The position numbers and the translations under genes were made by a program. A stretch of 64,000 bases of DNA from Perna viridis (lineage: Eukaryota), in assembly GCA_037379345.1 (NCBI GenBank), contig CM074511.1:59464862-59528861 (forward strand). The letters run 5' to 3'. The notes beneath the pieces were generated by a model that searched no databases, was not told the origin of the DNA, and saw nothing but the letters and a program-made list of their open reading frames with translations. This document shows, in pieces, positions 25,054 through 40,075 of the stretch; positions within the stretch are counted from its first letter, which is position 1; every line of letters starts with the position of its first letter.

Positions 25054-27244
25054 CTTAACGATATAAATACTCATCTTGAATCTTTGACTACTTTTTTTTA
25101 AGTAAGATATATAGGTATGATTCATTAAGGTTTGAATTTGTTTTAAATATAAATGAATCAAAACAAAACAAGCTGCTCAAATAACTACAGAACTAAAAAC
25201 ATTTAAGATGCTGTCTAGTAAAAAACAGCAAAATTCTATAATTTGAAAGGTACAACATAATTTTTCCCACAGTTTCTTGTTCACATTTTATATTTATGTC
25301 AATAGTATAAAGATTTTAATCGACTGTGAATGGCTCCGAAAAGTTCTCTAACAAAGCAACCAAACTTTGAACAAAATGTAGCTTTATCTCCATTTTTTTA
25401 AAATGCTTTCTTTTAATAAATGTATCTTTAATCGCTGCCGTTAATGAAAAACTAACATTTTGCTTTGGGAAATAATGTATTTGTAATATGAAATATTTTT
25501 TTTTATGAGAAACAAAATTTGTCTTGTGCTACCCACTGTTTGGTTTTTGCATGGACACTGTCTTTATGTTGTGAAAAATTACTTTAAAAAGAAATAGAAC
25601 TATGAAGCCTAATCCAACACGGTGAAATTTTATTTTCCCATGAAACTGGTTCAAATAGTGCTTACGGGAGAATACCCCTTGAAATGCATGTATACCATAC
25701 CGCAATTTGTTCTTGTATTTAGAAATGGTGTTCCAAATTATATTTCTGATTGAAGTATTTCTAACTAGTCTATGGGAGTGGAAAAAATTAATGAAAAAAC
25801 ACTTTCATATTTTTGTTCAAAAGCAAATCTTAAGACAAAAGCAATGTTGAAGTTTTATTAGACTCAACCTTTGTACTTAAATTAACTTGTATAGCTCTTT
25901 TGAATCGTCAAAGAAGTAATTAATTTTAAAAATGTCTTTGTACTTTGCTTTGATTTAGTCTTTTGTTTATTTTAATTATGTTACACTGCAAAAAAATCAA
26001 AACTTTGGTCAACACAAAATACTGTCATATGTTATTTTCTTTTACATCGGTTGTATCTTGCACGCAAATAGGGTATTTCAAGACATTTAAAAGCAATAAG
26101 TAATTTTTAAACATTGTTAACTGACCAGGTCATCCGAATCTATAAGGAATTCAAGTTTTATAATTCAAAATACTACTGAAACACAATTATCGACAAGAAG
26201 ACGTTAATTTCTTTTTTTTTGATAGTTTGAGGTTCTTTTTGTTTTGGTCACTTTTATTGAAATTATGTTTGCCTGTCCTTAAACAGTCTGAGACAGACCC
26301 GAAAATTTCCTCGCTAGTGTCGTGAAGGTAACGTTTAGAATGACATCCCGCTGTCTTGATTCTAGATGAAATAAATTGCAGAGGATAATTGCAATCACAA
26401 ATCCCATAACATAGTATATATCATTTTGAGTTATAAAATCACGAAAACTCAAATTATGGAATGCACCTTAATTAACTGTGTATAAAATGTCAGTAATAGT
26501 ATAATTTTAATGTAAAATTAGTAAAAAGATGTGTCCCATTTTTCTAAATCCTGAACAAAAATATAACCAATTTGGTGAACTTACATCTTTACAAATAAAA
26601 TATCATATTATATTTTTAAACATTACCAATAACTGACTTGGAGGTGGATTTACGTCATAAATAATTAAAACCCAGGGAAAAAAGTAGTCCGCTATTTTAA
26701 ATGTATATCAAGGTTTTTTACTCTTTTGTTCACTGACTTTGGTCAACAACATGAATAAAGTTAACAATATTGTGTTTTGAATAAGTTTTGAATATCTTCT
26801 CTTCATTTTTATAAAATTTTTAAGAAGAAAAAAAGGTACATAAACATAAAGAAACATCAAAATACATGTCCGAAACGTGAAAAAAAATTAAAAACAGGAG
26901 TGAACGGTATGCATTTCCTGCCTGCCTACAACACTCGTGACATTGCAAGTGAGTAAAATCCCATAAGAATCTAGATACAATAAAATAACTCCCCGATACA
27001 AATTGTTAATGCGGATCCACAAAGAGAAGGGAGCAACCCGTGGTGCGTTTCATCCTTTGGTAATATCAGTTAATTTAACAATATAAATGAAATGAATGAA
27101 AATTATCCCGCAAAAGTGTCCATTAAAAAGTTCATTTTTCAAAAATAATATTTAGGTCAATTGCTTATTTTAACTATCATACTGGCGCCAACTAGTACTA
27201 ATACGACCAGCGAATTGATAAGACATTTGCAACAGCAACTCTGC

Positions 27245-27668
27245 ACTAGAACTCTAACAAATGGACTTCTGGAACAGGGTTATGTTGCTACAAGATTGAA
27301 GTCATCACTACAGAGGTTCTATGGTCGTCATAATGAACTCGTGGATCGTTATGGTGTATCCATCTGCACCATGAAAACTGATTTATTCGACGGGTCATAC
27401 GTTTCCTTTCCTCGTTTGTCTACCCCGGATTTTTATGAGCAACTCGGCGGGTGTTTCTAGAAAAGCAGAGGACGCTTACCCTACCGGTGCATCTGGTCCA
27501 TGCTCCCAGTTTTTAGTGGAGTTGCTCATTTGCTTTTGTTACTTTGTATGTTTGATTTTAGTTACTGTATGTTCTTTTTTGTGTATATTTGTTTTCCATG
27601 TCTGGTCTTTGTCCCTGGATTACATTCTTTTGATTACCGCTATAACATTGGTTCTCTTGATTACTCTT
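27245..27668 (+). mobile_element. 5'-truncated Penelope-like retroelement, copy 2
   Basis: LLEQGYVATRLKSSLQRFYGRHNELVDRY followed by the same 3' UTR as 23978-24360. Confidence 0.75.
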
Positions 27669-28069
27669 AAATAAATCCTTGAACATTTCTAAATAAGAAT
27701 GACTAAACGGTTGTACTGAATTGTATCCAAATAAAACATAAAAATATTATTGTGAAATGTGAATTAACTGATGGTTTGAACTTGAAAAGAGTTTTTTTTT
27801 CCAAATGTCATAAAATACCACTATTCCAAGAATGAGGCCAATCTTTTAATATCTTAATTTGTTACTACATATACTAACTTCTAATTTTTTGCCCCTAAAA
27901 CTTATTTTGAATTCTAAGGCACGATTATGACTGTTTTATAACGATAAAACGAAAACCATTGCTGACGTATCATGGAGTTATAAAGATATATCAATAACCT
28001 ACACAATGCAATTCGAGACAATGAAACACTGGTTATCATGCTGTGTGTTAGCTGCGTCTCTGCATTATT

Positions 28070-28851
28070 CATTTAGACGGGACAAATGTAAATATAATGT
28101 ACGTTGTCCACTCATGATCGATCTGTTCCTAAACTCGTATATAGCTATTCATTTTACAAGGGCTATAACAGAAAAAGAGATGCGAGTCCTTCAATTTCAT
28201 ATTCCGTTATGTAGATGGTGTATTATCTCCGAATAATCCTAGATTCAAGGATTAATTGCATCTAATCTACTCAAACGAACTTGAAATTTAAAAGACAACT
28301 GATCTGCATCAATCGTAGGCCTTTACTTGTACATCGACAATACAGGTCGTTTGGATTCGAAATTTTATGACAAACTTGATGATTATGACTTCCCAATTGT
28401 AACATTCCCCTTTCTTACTGGCAATGTACCAACATCTCCGGACTATGGAGTATACATTTCACAGCAGTTCCGTTACTGTCGAACCTGTGATATGTACAAT
28501 ATGACTTTCTGTGTAGAGCACGATATTGTCAAATACACATTGCAATCAAGAGTGCGTTCAACCTTTCTTAATATCATCCTTACAGAAGTTTTATGGTTGT
28601 CATCACAATTTGACCGATATGAAGTTGCTTTCTCACAGATAAGACAAGATTAATCTTCAATTACTTTCCACGTCACACCGGATTGACAACCTATCGGAAA
28701 TTACACTAACTAGCTGCAATGGTGTAGGATCTAGGCCACATAGTTCACTACGATATTGGAAACTGCACAATTTTTATTAGACTATTACCGGAGTTCTCTT
28801 CTTTTTCATATATGTTTTTCTTTTTTTTTACATACTGAATTGCCCCTTTTA

Positions 28852-28900
<49 letters not shown>

Positions 28901-29300
28901 AATACATATTTTTTTAATTCACTCCTTCACACGCTATATTTTTGCATGCGCAAAAGATGTAAATCAAGTAGTAATATCCTTTTTTTTCATATTGTTTTTG
29001 TATGTGTTTATAAGCCATGTTGGTTGTGGAAATGATTTTATTAAGTTGGGATCCTTTTTGTTCCTGTTCGAACAGTAAAATGTGTTTAAACAAAATCTGA
29101 TCAAACGCATTTGCAACATGGTGGATGCCACTGGTGGCGCAGGATGTGCTTACCCTTTCTGGAGGAGCATGTTTTGTCATTACCAGTTTTTTTTTGTCGG
29201 AGTTTCGTCTCGTTCTTCTTGTCTTTAGTTTTTATATGTTATCTATTTCATTCGGTACGGTACATCAAAGACCGTTTTTGTTTCCTGTTGGCACATTCTG
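28070..29300 (+). mobile_element. Degenerate older Penelope-like retroelement (RT pseudogene + 3' region)
   Basis: Interrupted RT motifs: CPLMIDLFLNSY, FRYVDGVLSPNNPRF (decayed YIDD motif), KFYDKLDDYDFPIVTFPFLTGNVPTSPDYGVYISQ and SSLQKFYG, with stops and frameshifts. A related 3' motif gcaggatgtgcttaccct lies at ~29140. Confidence 0.8.
28851..28898. repeat. (TAT)n microsatellite
   Basis: Direct reading, ~16 units. Confidence 0.95.
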
Positions 29301-29661
29301 GTTTATTATCTCGCCAATACTCCCCAAGATGTAAATTTCAAATTTGAACGAAAGGTCTTATTGATGTATTTACAACCAAATAGATCATTTATTTCCTACA
29401 TACCTCCTTGGCCATTACAAACACAAATCCCTGCCGCCAGCAGCAGGTAAAGAAAAATCATCACTTGCTAAGTCGACTTCTGTTGCAAAACCTTTCACAA
29501 AGAACAGGTAACCGAAAAATTCTGAAAGAGCAAATGAAACAATGTAGGTATGAAAGTTCAAAATTAATGACAATTAAATGGTTTTATAGAACAGAGGGAA
29601 ATTGGTTGATACAGGTACTTAGCTGTCCTATTTCTTCCGAGAAAAAACCAACAACATTGTG

Positions 29662-29745
29662 ATTTTATATGACCGCAAAACCTTTTTGGTCATATAATGA
29701 TATCACTCGTCATCGTCGATGTTGGTACCCATTAACTTTAGTTTA
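29662..29745 (+). mobile_element. HINE/DINE-1-like (non-autonomous Helentron) terminal remnant
   Basis: T-run, then hairpin TATATGACC-gcaaaaccttttt-GGTCATATA, then a decayed (TCG)n microsatellite. This is the typical left-end layout of these elements. Confidence 0.4.
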
Positions 29746-31989
29746 TTTACGACAACTTGAGTAAAACTTAACACATCGTGTTTTTGTTTGTTTTTTGTTT
29801 ATTTGTTTTTTGTTTGTTTTTTGGTTTTGTTTTTGTTTTTTTTTCAATTTCAACACTTTGTTCCTAGGGACTATTTCGGAGTTAAAGAGTACAAAACTGG
29901 GTCAAACCCAAAAATATCATTTTCATATTTGGTTCGATATCATTTGTTTTATATTGGATTCAATATGAAAATCCCAGCTTGCGTTTTTTAATCAGAATAC
30001 AGATATCTCTTACCGTTTCCGTGTTATAAGGGATTGAAGGGGCCGCTTTTATAAATTTTTGGGCAGATTTCGTAATTTGTTTTCTTGATTAAATCTCTTA
30101 AAGATTTTTTCTACTTTTTTTTGGATATCTCTTAATTACCATTTTCGAGTTAAAAAGGGCAATGGTTCGATTTTGAAAATTTTTAGTCAAATTCAACATA
30201 TGTGCTATTTTGTTTCCAAACCAGTTATTGTGCCCATATTGAACTGTGTCCAAACTGTTCCCATTTGTTCAGGGTTCGACTACTGCGGTCGTATTATGCT
30301 GCGTTCCACGAAGCTCTTTATTTCATACTGATATGGATTAACATGGATCTATTCTATAACAATGGAAATTTAGAAATTATCGAAAAAAAATGATAACAAT
30401 TATCAGAATTACATTGGAGTAAGTTGGAGATTGTATCGTATCATAGAATCCTGGGTCCCTTGATTACTCGTATATTGTAGTTCCTTTAACTAATTTGACA
30501 AACACTTTTAATCTGGTCGATTTAAAAATGGTTGGACATTGATTTAATCGTGGTAAAATGCATGATGATGTACTCTAAATATTTACACAGTAAGGATTTT
30601 CATTTTTTGTTTGCCCTGATAACGAAGTTGGAAAAACCATGAGTGGAATAAAGGATCAGCAAACCGTAACTTGAAATGTTTGCCTTCGTAGGTGGCCACA
30701 TGCATGTTCAGTCTAGTTTGAATTTTGAAAGGCTATTTTTATTCTTATGCTTTAAAATGGTGTGTGGGTTTCAGAAATGGGCGTATGCATGAGGACTAAG
30801 AAAGATATTGTTGAGTGAATTATATTCGGCTATATGATATGTATAATGACCAGACCAGCATCAACTCATACCACATTAATTTGCGAAAATTAAATAGAAA
30901 TTAAGTTCTAATTGTGGGTACACATTTCTTATCGCTATCGAAGTTTTCTTCCACCAAGATTTCATAGTATTTGAAATATGTTTGACAGTGAAAAAAGTCA
31001 AATAATCTGCTGAAGTCTATGACAAGGATACTATATCTGTTTATCTACAAATTGAAATGACCTTCGATAGTGATCAACCAAACGGATTTTGGACTTTTGG
31101 TAATAAAGCCATGGAGCTTTGCTTGCAACTCATTACAGCACATGCTGTAATACAATGGGACAAGCTAGGAAAACATGATGTCTTTAAAAGTTTTACAAAG
31201 CAAGTGAACTAAAGATTTAGCAGCTGGGCAAATCTAATGAATGGAAAATAAAAAATGAAAATTGTGTCGGATACCAAAGAAACAGATAATGACTACTGTT
31301 GCCCTCTCCAATAATCAGTAATTGGTAACAAGCAAAATGCAACTTGGAAGAGAATATTGACTACTGTTTTACAAATTTTGTCTTGTATGAATAACAAAAA
31401 CCTGCATCAGAACTCTTATGGCCACTATGGAAGTGGTAGGTTTAGCTAGCCAAAAAAAAGAACAAAAACAAAAACAAAAACAAAACCAAAAAAAACCTGA
31501 TTTTACCTATAATTTCTCTTTGAAATTCCTATACCAAATCAAGAACATATTGGCTATACTTTCATTTTTATCGATTTATACATTACTTTGGAAGTTCGTG
31601 AATAATTTAATATATCCCTCTAATTTATGACCACGAGTTTGGTAAGTTTGTTATTACTTTCATATCCTGCAAGATATTTACCAGTTCCTTTAATTTATCA
31701 TATAAATGTGATAAACAACTTTGACCATTTTGTTTTGTGAAAGTGTTTTAACTAAGTTTTTGACAATAGAGTTTACAAACTCGAACTCCATAAACTTTTG
31801 GTAAGAAATGGTGTGATGAATTACTCAATGGAAAATTATTTGTTACAGCATAGTAATTAGATTGTACACAATTTTCTAAGCAAAATACATTTGCCAAATC
31901 GTGCAATACAATCATACGACTGATTCAAATTAAATATCACAAACTCCAATTACATGTAAATGTCTTAGTTTATTTGTTTGCTTGTTAAA

Positions 31990-32150
31990 TTTATACCCCA
32001 ACTTGAAAAGCTGGTAGGGGTATAAAGTGATCACGATGTCCGTTCGGGACATCCGTTCCCATTTTTAATCCCAAACTCCTCACAAATCTGACAAAACTCT
32101 CACACGATGCCACTGAGCACATTTTGAGCGGGCAGATTTTCTTGTTTGCT
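31990..32150 (+). mobile_element. HINE/DINE-1-like remnant
   Basis: Inverted repeat TTTATACCCC...GGGGTATAAA followed by a decayed TCCG(T) microsatellite. The right boundary is uncertain. Confidence 0.45.
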
Positions 32151-33866
32151 ATACAATAGTTCATAATCGTATTGTATGACCATTTGTGATTCTTGAAGGG
32201 ATCGAATATTTCAACATTATTCAAATATGAAGAATAATAGGATGGGAATAGTATATAGAAATCATTCACTAAATTTTGAATGTAGATTAAATATGGTATA
32301 TTCTGAAATTAACTTTGGGGAAATGAACAAAAGAAAATTGATGATGGGAAATAGATACAAGTTTGTTCACATCCTTTTACTACTAAAATTGTTGAGAAAC
32401 AATAACATCACAAACCTTTCTTACCTTCAATGTTGTCGTATCCTATGTTACAAATGTTTCAAAATATGTTAAGTGTTCAAAATTCTTTATATTATTGAAC
32501 GACTTTAATGGATAAATGTTTAATAAAGTTGAAAACTTCCATCGTTTTAGTGCGATCAAATATCATAGAAAGTTTCTAAAAATGTGCAAAAAAAGTTGTA
32601 CTACGATGCAAATCTTAAACCGAAATCCTTACATGCTTTAAAACTCATTATCTTCATATTCTCTTATCAAATAAAACAAAATATAACTTATTAAAGTCTT
32701 CTTTTCTTATTTTTACTGTGATCCTCCTTAAACCGTTCAACAATTAGCAATTTCAAAATAGAGTTTTCTGTAGTATCGTGAATGCTTAAAATTTATGGGC
32801 TTCCACCCTAAAACTTAATTGTCATTGATATACAGTAATCCAACAATAGTCATTTCTCAGTAGTGCTGTTTATGTCGAGATTTAGACAATTTGAACTTTT
32901 TGCCCACCATTAAAAGATTGCGTTTCAAAAATTTCTCACTAATCCTCTATATATGTAATTGATCTATTAAGAAAAGGTACTGAAATAACTCTTCCTTAAT
33001 CTAAGCCAAAGTTTAATAGATACTTAGTAGATAATTAATTGGACATTTCTGAATATTTATCAAAGGGCAATTATTTTGTGATTTTTTTTTCATTTTAGAA
33101 ATGCAATACTTTCCGAGAAAATGATGTATATGGAAATAGAAAAGGTACATTTATTTGATCCAGTTGAAATATTCAACACAAACTAATTTCATGAACTCAT
33201 AAAGGTTTATTACTATTCTTTTAAGCTTCATTAGTATAGTTGTAAAACATGAATAAAATAAAATGCAGAATTTTTTGTCGACAATAAAATTTTGATTATT
33301 TCTTTGACTAAATCAAAACGAGCAGATAATCAATGCAAAGTTTTTTTGCGAAAAATCACAATATTTTAACACCCCCCACCCCCTCACAAAAAATCAGTAT
33401 AGTAATTCATCAACAATTATAATTTCTTCCACAGCAGACTTGAGTTGGAATATGCATTTTATATGATACGCAAAACATACTTTGTTTAATTATTCACGAT
33501 TAAATCAAGTGAAAGCACATAAACTACAAAGCAGCAATATCATTACTGTGTTCATGTTCCCCATGGGTTTTTAGTTCATTTTTTTTTGTTTGACTTAGGA
33601 TGACTGGACAAAATTTTGAAGTTCAAGACAGCAAATGATAAAGCATTCGTGTGGTTTTGATAATTCATGATTTTGCGAAGAAAAAAAATAGTCGATATCT
33701 ATCATTTTTATCAAAATGATCAATGTAAGTTTTAAAACGTTATGAAATAAAGTTAGAGTGATAATGTGCACCAGATAAAGTAACAAAGATAAAGTACCAA
33801 AACTTTAACAAAATCGAATATTAAAGATCTTAGCATACGACTTATCATATATTTTACCCGTCTTAC

Positions 33867-33945
33867 CTGCTGCTGTGCTGAATAATAACCGAAATATTCC
33901 CACCGAAAAAAAAACTTTAAAAATGTTGAGGACTTTTTTAAATGC
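33867..33945 (-). CDS. Candidate signal-peptide exon of the SRCR gene
   Basis: AFKKVLNIFKVFFSVGIFRLLFSTAA ends in a strong phase-1 donor GCAG|gtaaga, compatible with the exon at 25053. It would join a possible start exon ATG TCT GAG|gtgagg at 37914-37906. The acceptor is only moderate. Confidence 0.3.
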
Positions 33946-36900
33946 CTTTAACCACAAAACTGTAATTATCACGACACTCCATGGTTTCAAATGTACAAAC
34001 AAATTTCATACGATTGTGAAATGATTTTTAAAGTAAGAAATTGATCATTGAAATATGTTGTCTTCAATAGTTGCACCATCTTAATATTTTAGAACAATGC
34101 ATAAAAAATTATATTATACTGAACAAAACAGTTTGTCTGTATTGGTATTTACAGTTATAAGGCACTGAACATTTTAACCTGGGGATGGCTGGGAATTGAT
34201 GTCGGATAAGATTTTTTTTCGCGCAAGCTAAAAAAATCTATCTTGTGAAGTAATGAGAAAATTTTGACTCTTTATTTTATTCTTCATAATTGGGAGCGTT
34301 TATTTCTCTGTTCGAAAAGATCCCTGCCCCCTACCCCCTTCGTCAATAAAATGGCCTAAATGTTTAGTGCTTAATATATAGACTTGAATGTTTTAATGCC
34401 TGTGCAATAATGATATTTCTCAACGGTTGTTACATTTTCCACACTTTTTCTAAACTAAAACTTAATTGTTCAATTAATGATATAAGTTGAACGTGGAATT
34501 GTATATGCAAAGAATGAATTCAAGCAAAATAAGATGGCAAAGACATGTCAACTTCATTATGTGCTACTAGTTTTGTTCCGATCATCTCCTATAAAATCTG
34601 TAAAACTGGACCTTTAAACTCAAGTTAACAATGTCGTGAAAGACAGAAAATAAAAGGAAATAATTTACAAATAAAGCAAATGACTCATAATAGCATTGTT
34701 CAGTATCAAAACGGGGTGGTTAATTGTCCAATCCTTATTTCTTTACATTCTGTATTTCAAACAAATTAACATTGTTTTCAACCAACTTCATCTCTAAAAA
34801 TAGTGTATAAGGTTTAAACATACTTTGGTTAACTGCAAAATAACTCTTACCAAGACTGTTTTTCAAAATGATTATCGCAGTCCTTTCAACAAAATAGTAA
34901 AAAAAGTGAGATGAATTAGCGAAATGTAAGGCAACGATGTTTTTATTTATTACAATTATCAAATATTAAAGCAAAAACTAAAAAAACCAAGTAAACAAGT
35001 AATAATCAATGAAAACCCGGAATTTGCAAGAAAACGCGGACGATCGACCAAATACACAAGTATCTTAAACGACCATTATTTGATAGAAACAACTATCGAT
35101 AATACCTCATACGGGAAAAAACTTGGATGAATGCATATACGTAAGACTCGGAAGTGCGATCGGGATGCCGATCTGCAATGGTCAACGCTAATGTACATTG
35201 GGTGTGTAACACACCGCGGAACTGCGTTGGTTTAAATTGAGCAAAGTCGCACAAGTGCATTGACGTTACGTACATAATGGCGGCACATTTGGTAAAGTCA
35301 GAATTCGACATTTGTCGACACTTTCCGTTTCTTGCTTGCTTATTGAAACACGGGTACAGTAAACCAAAATATACACTAACTTCTGATTGGTAGCAATTAA
35401 AACATCTTGAACATTTCTTAGACAAAAACAGATTAATTAATTTGATTATCAGTACTACCCGTAAATTAAATTTGCACATCCATGTGCACCGCAGCGTGGA
35501 ATGCAACCGCAATATATATGCACACTCTGTCTATCTAGAGTGGGAATATTGCAACTTTCTCCTGCGATAAATTAAAATGTGCATTTTGATATACATGTTT
35601 GATTTTATGTTACATGTACCAATAGCAGAATTTGGGCTTATCACAACTTAGTATTTCGATTAAAAGAGCTTTCTATTCTTCAGAAAATCGGGTTTTCATC
35701 AACATCCATTAGATAACCGCTCATTGATGAAGATTTTCATTTCATTTGCTCTTTTGCGTTTTCCGAAATAAAAACTGTTTATGACGTCCCTTTTCTACAT
35801 TCATTATATCTAATAGCATTCTGCTTTTCTATACCTTTTTATAGTTCTATCAACTTTATTTTGAGATTTCGGTCATTCCACTCCGATCGAATTTTTATAA
35901 ACTATAAGAATTTATTCTATTTTTTTTGGTTTATTCTTTCGTTTGTTAATAACACAAAATAAAGATACTTTTAGTCTTTTTGAATCCAATTGACTTCGAT
36001 TTTTTTTTGTTTCTTTCAGTTGCATGTTATATACTTGTAATTGCAGAGACGAGCATAAGTGTCAGGTTCTTGTTATCCAAAGCAAAAATTATTTCCGTTT
36101 TATTTCCCCATTTCCCGTTCGATGGAAAACGTTCCAAACGTTCAGAAATTGAAAGTTCGACAAATCACTAGACATATCTTTTGTTCGAATTTTCTCCGTT
36201 TTAAACGGTTTAAATCATAAAAAAAGAAATATGTGTATTCCTAAGTGTATGTATAATTACAAAGTATCATTATTTCATAGAAGATATTGCCAATTGATTG
36301 TAAAATTGCTGTGGAGCATGAACTTTTCTCAATGAACCCAGAAAATATTGATATGTGACATTTCGCTAGACATTTTCAAAAAGACGTAACTTTTTTTTGT
36401 ACTGAAATTTTATCAAATGCCGACGTAGAATTGCTGGAAGTATGTACATTTTTATGAAATATTAATCGGAAAAGAATATTGTGTAAATAATTTCTTACAT
36501 TGGTAATAAAATTTGATTACTGAACACTTCTAGAAATCTGACCATTTCATTTTTTCATTGAACGCAATTTTGATAATTATCTCAAAATAACATATGAAAT
36601 TATTCTTCCATGCAAAATTTGAGGAATTTCGTACTATCTGCAATAGCGCAATTCACTATTTTAGCTTTTTTGGTGTGTTACACCTGACATACGGAATTTT
36701 GACGTTTTTACGGGTTTTTGGAAAGTTTAATTGATTATAAAGAAGTAGAAGTAACATGTGCGACACATATTCAGAAATTATAATTTGTCCTGATTCCAAC
36801 AGTTATACAGCTTTCACATAATCACAGTTTTGATTGTTTTCAATAGTCATTTACAGTTTAGATATGCGTATTTTTTTTCAACACAGTCGCAATAGCGTGG

Positions 36901-39618
36901 TTAATATCACTAGTATCTAATGTGCATAAGCGCGTATCAATTTAAGATGTCCTGAAATGACTTTCCCTCTACTGTTCTACGCCATGACGATTATATACGA
37001 TTACTCTTTACCAAAAGCAACATCAGAACATGAAACAAAAATGTTAAGGGTCGATTATTGAGTTATTTGGCCAATAATTGGCCAATTGAAAATTCATTTT
37101 GGCAGAAAATTTTCATAGAACTAAAGTAAAATCGTGGATTTTTCGGTAACTATTTTAGAATTCCTCTGTGTGAACTTAAATAAAAATTTCTGGAAAAAAA
37201 ACTAACAAAGGAAAGTAAATTTTTGGCAGAAATGGTAACAAGATTCTACATGTACCTATGAACTTTATTGGCGCAGTGGTTAAATCTATTTCATTTTGAT
37301 AACTTTAAAGCTTTATACAAAAATACAAAGCATATGCAACATGAAAATATATTCACCTGTTTTTTATAGTTTATAGCTAAAACAGGCATGTAACTATTAT
37401 ACATTGTGACCAATTACGGTAGTAAGCTACAAGTACTCCATCTTAATGCAGTATCAAAATTTAAAAAGATACGGAACAGCACTCGAGTTAATCTGATACC
37501 ATAGCCCGTAGTCAACTAAATAAAGCGGATACTGAAAGTCGTGTTGCATACATCATGAAACATATATGTTTTTCAGGCTTAGATGTAACATAACTATGTT
37601 TATTAAAAAGGCACAATATCTTGACGATAGGACGATATTTTACTTTGATTAAAACTGTACTAAAACCTAAGAGTTACTTAGCAACCGTTGTGTAGATGTA
37701 TGTTATTTAATACATGTATTTAATACGCTAATACAAAAGAGGTATCCACAGCCATTCTATAGATTAACGAAATTATCTTACCTAGTCAAAAACTATGTTA
37801 AATGGTCTGCTCGCCCTTCTAATGGCGACTGAAATTCCTACTCAGTTTGCCACTGGGTATAGTAAAATTATTATTTTAGTTTTTATTAATAAATATTAAC
37901 CTCACCTCAGACATATGCCTTTCCACAGTCAGGAGATGTTAGTAATTATTGTGTGTATTTTCGTAATGACGAAAAAATATATAATAAAGCCAAAACATTT
38001 CATCGAAGTACATCATCGGATTTGTCGAATTTTTATTGTTACTTTGTTGTTCGATTGTTTCGAAAACGTAGGTCAGGAACATCAGAATGTTGTAACTTGC
38101 AATTACAACTTTTTCTGTGTAGATGCAATAGAAAAATCATACGTGACAAATGTGAAAGAGTGAACCCTATTGTCGAATGCATCAATTAAATAGCAAACTC
38201 CAGAGATCTATAAGGCGAAAGTAAACAGCTTCTTCTACACAAAAACCAAATCGAAATTATAGAACTGTATATATTTACACTTGGCTAATGTTAAAATATA
38301 ATCCGATGACGTCACCATTAACGTTCTCAATGGATACGACACCAATACATCAATAAATTCAAAAAGCTAAAAATATTTTATTGTACAGTTGTATTGGTCG
38401 TCACGTTTTTCATTTTTTCGTTCACATTATTAGTTTTAAATACCACTTCTTTTAATTTAAAGAGGTTATTGATATGTAATTTGCAATGTATACAAACCGA
38501 AACAATTCTTTTCATAACCTATATCAGCATAAATCGTAGCACCGGTCCCTATGTCGTGTATACATTTCTTTCCACACGAAGGTCGCTTGATATCATTACT
38601 TCTTCATTGCATAATATTTTTATTTGTATAGTCTAGTTTCCTCTTTCAATAAGTTCAAATCAGTTAAAATCAATACGGAACAGATAACATATCAAATTAA
38701 TTACCTTTAATGGTTTTGGTCTCGTTAATCGTGACTAATTCGGTATATTACGATTAGTACTTTTTTTAATCGACAAAAGAAGTACGTACTAAGTTCATTT
38801 TTAAGTTAATTTACCAGTACATTGTATTCTATTATTTTTAAATGTTCAACTGTTTTTGTCATTTAGTTCAATCATTTTGTATAAATTTGTAAGCTTTAGA
38901 AAAAAAAACAATCAGACGAGCTCTAAAAAGGATTTGTTACATTATATTTTCTTTTAGTGACCATAGTTGACATAAGGAGGGTCTTGGAAACACACTGATT
39001 TGCTGTCCTCACAACATAGTTACACGGGCAGAGCGTATTAAAGGGTTTTCTTTCTTCGTTGGCCATCAACTTTCATGAGAAGATGTAAAAGAAATTCAGA
39101 TGCAGTGGTTCTTCCCAGACACGAAAGTCTAGGACCATTTCATTTTCTTTGGTCGACTGTCAAATGTATTTGTTTGTGGCCTGGAAATTGCATTATATTA
39201 AGTAGCACTCCAACTAAGAATCATGCAAAATGTGATTCATGGGTAAAAAGCCTACATATTTTTATTTTTGGTATTTTGTTTGAATTGCCATAGTAAACAG
39301 AAAGTAACTTTCGTTTTTTTCATACTGCCCGTGTTCTTAGGAGATAAAAATTATATAGAATGCTCTGTAAATTTGAAAATTAAGGGAGATAGCCCTGTAA
39401 ATGACACTCAAATACAATAGAATCTATTGGCTTTTCAATGTTGATTACCTCCTAAGAGCAGGCAGATTTGAATGAATAATTACACATTTCATAATATAGA
39501 CCCATAAAACAACTTAATTACAAAAATAAAAATATGTAACTTTTTTTGGGTTGTATCACATTTTTCAGATTTTGCATTATTCTTACAAAGACAGCTACCT
39601 AATAACATTTAGATTTCC

Positions 39619-39842
39619 AACATTTGTTCCTCTAAAATATCGATATCATATAACATTCTAACATTTGTTCCTCTGAAATATAGATATCATATAACATTTT
39701 AACATGGTCTCTCTGAAATATCGATATCATATAACATTCTAACATGGTCCCTCTGAAATATCGATATCCTATAACGTCCCTCTTAAATATCGATATCATA
39801 TAACATTCTAACATGGTCCCTATGAAATATAGATATCATATA
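39619..39842. repeat. ~40-bp minisatellite, ~6 units
   Basis: Unit aacatggtccctctgaaatatcgatatcatataacattct, repeated with variants and one internal deletion. Confidence 0.9.
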
Positions 39843-39865
39843 CGGGTAACGTTTTGACGTTATTT

Positions 39866-40075
39866 CAGAGAACGCTTACCCTACCGGTGCACCTGATTCA
39901 TGCTCCCAGTTTTTAGTGGAGTCCGAGTTGCTCATTTGCTTTTGTTACTTTGTATATATGATTTTAGTTACTTTATGTTCTTTGTTGTGTATGTCTGTTT
40001 TCCATGTCTGGTCTTTGTCCCCAGATTACATTCTTTTGATTGCCCTATAACCTTGGTTCTCTTGATTACTCTTTC
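39866..40075 (+). mobile_element. Penelope-like retroelement 3' UTR fragment, copy 3
   Basis: cagagaacgcttaccctaccggtgcacc...cttgattactctttc matches the 3' halves of copies 1 and 2. Confidence 0.75.

Noticed and set aside
35093-35512. 139-aa minus-strand ORF in a GC-richer patch
   Set aside because: No recognisable motif or convincing splice signals. It may be a transposon remnant or regulatory DNA.
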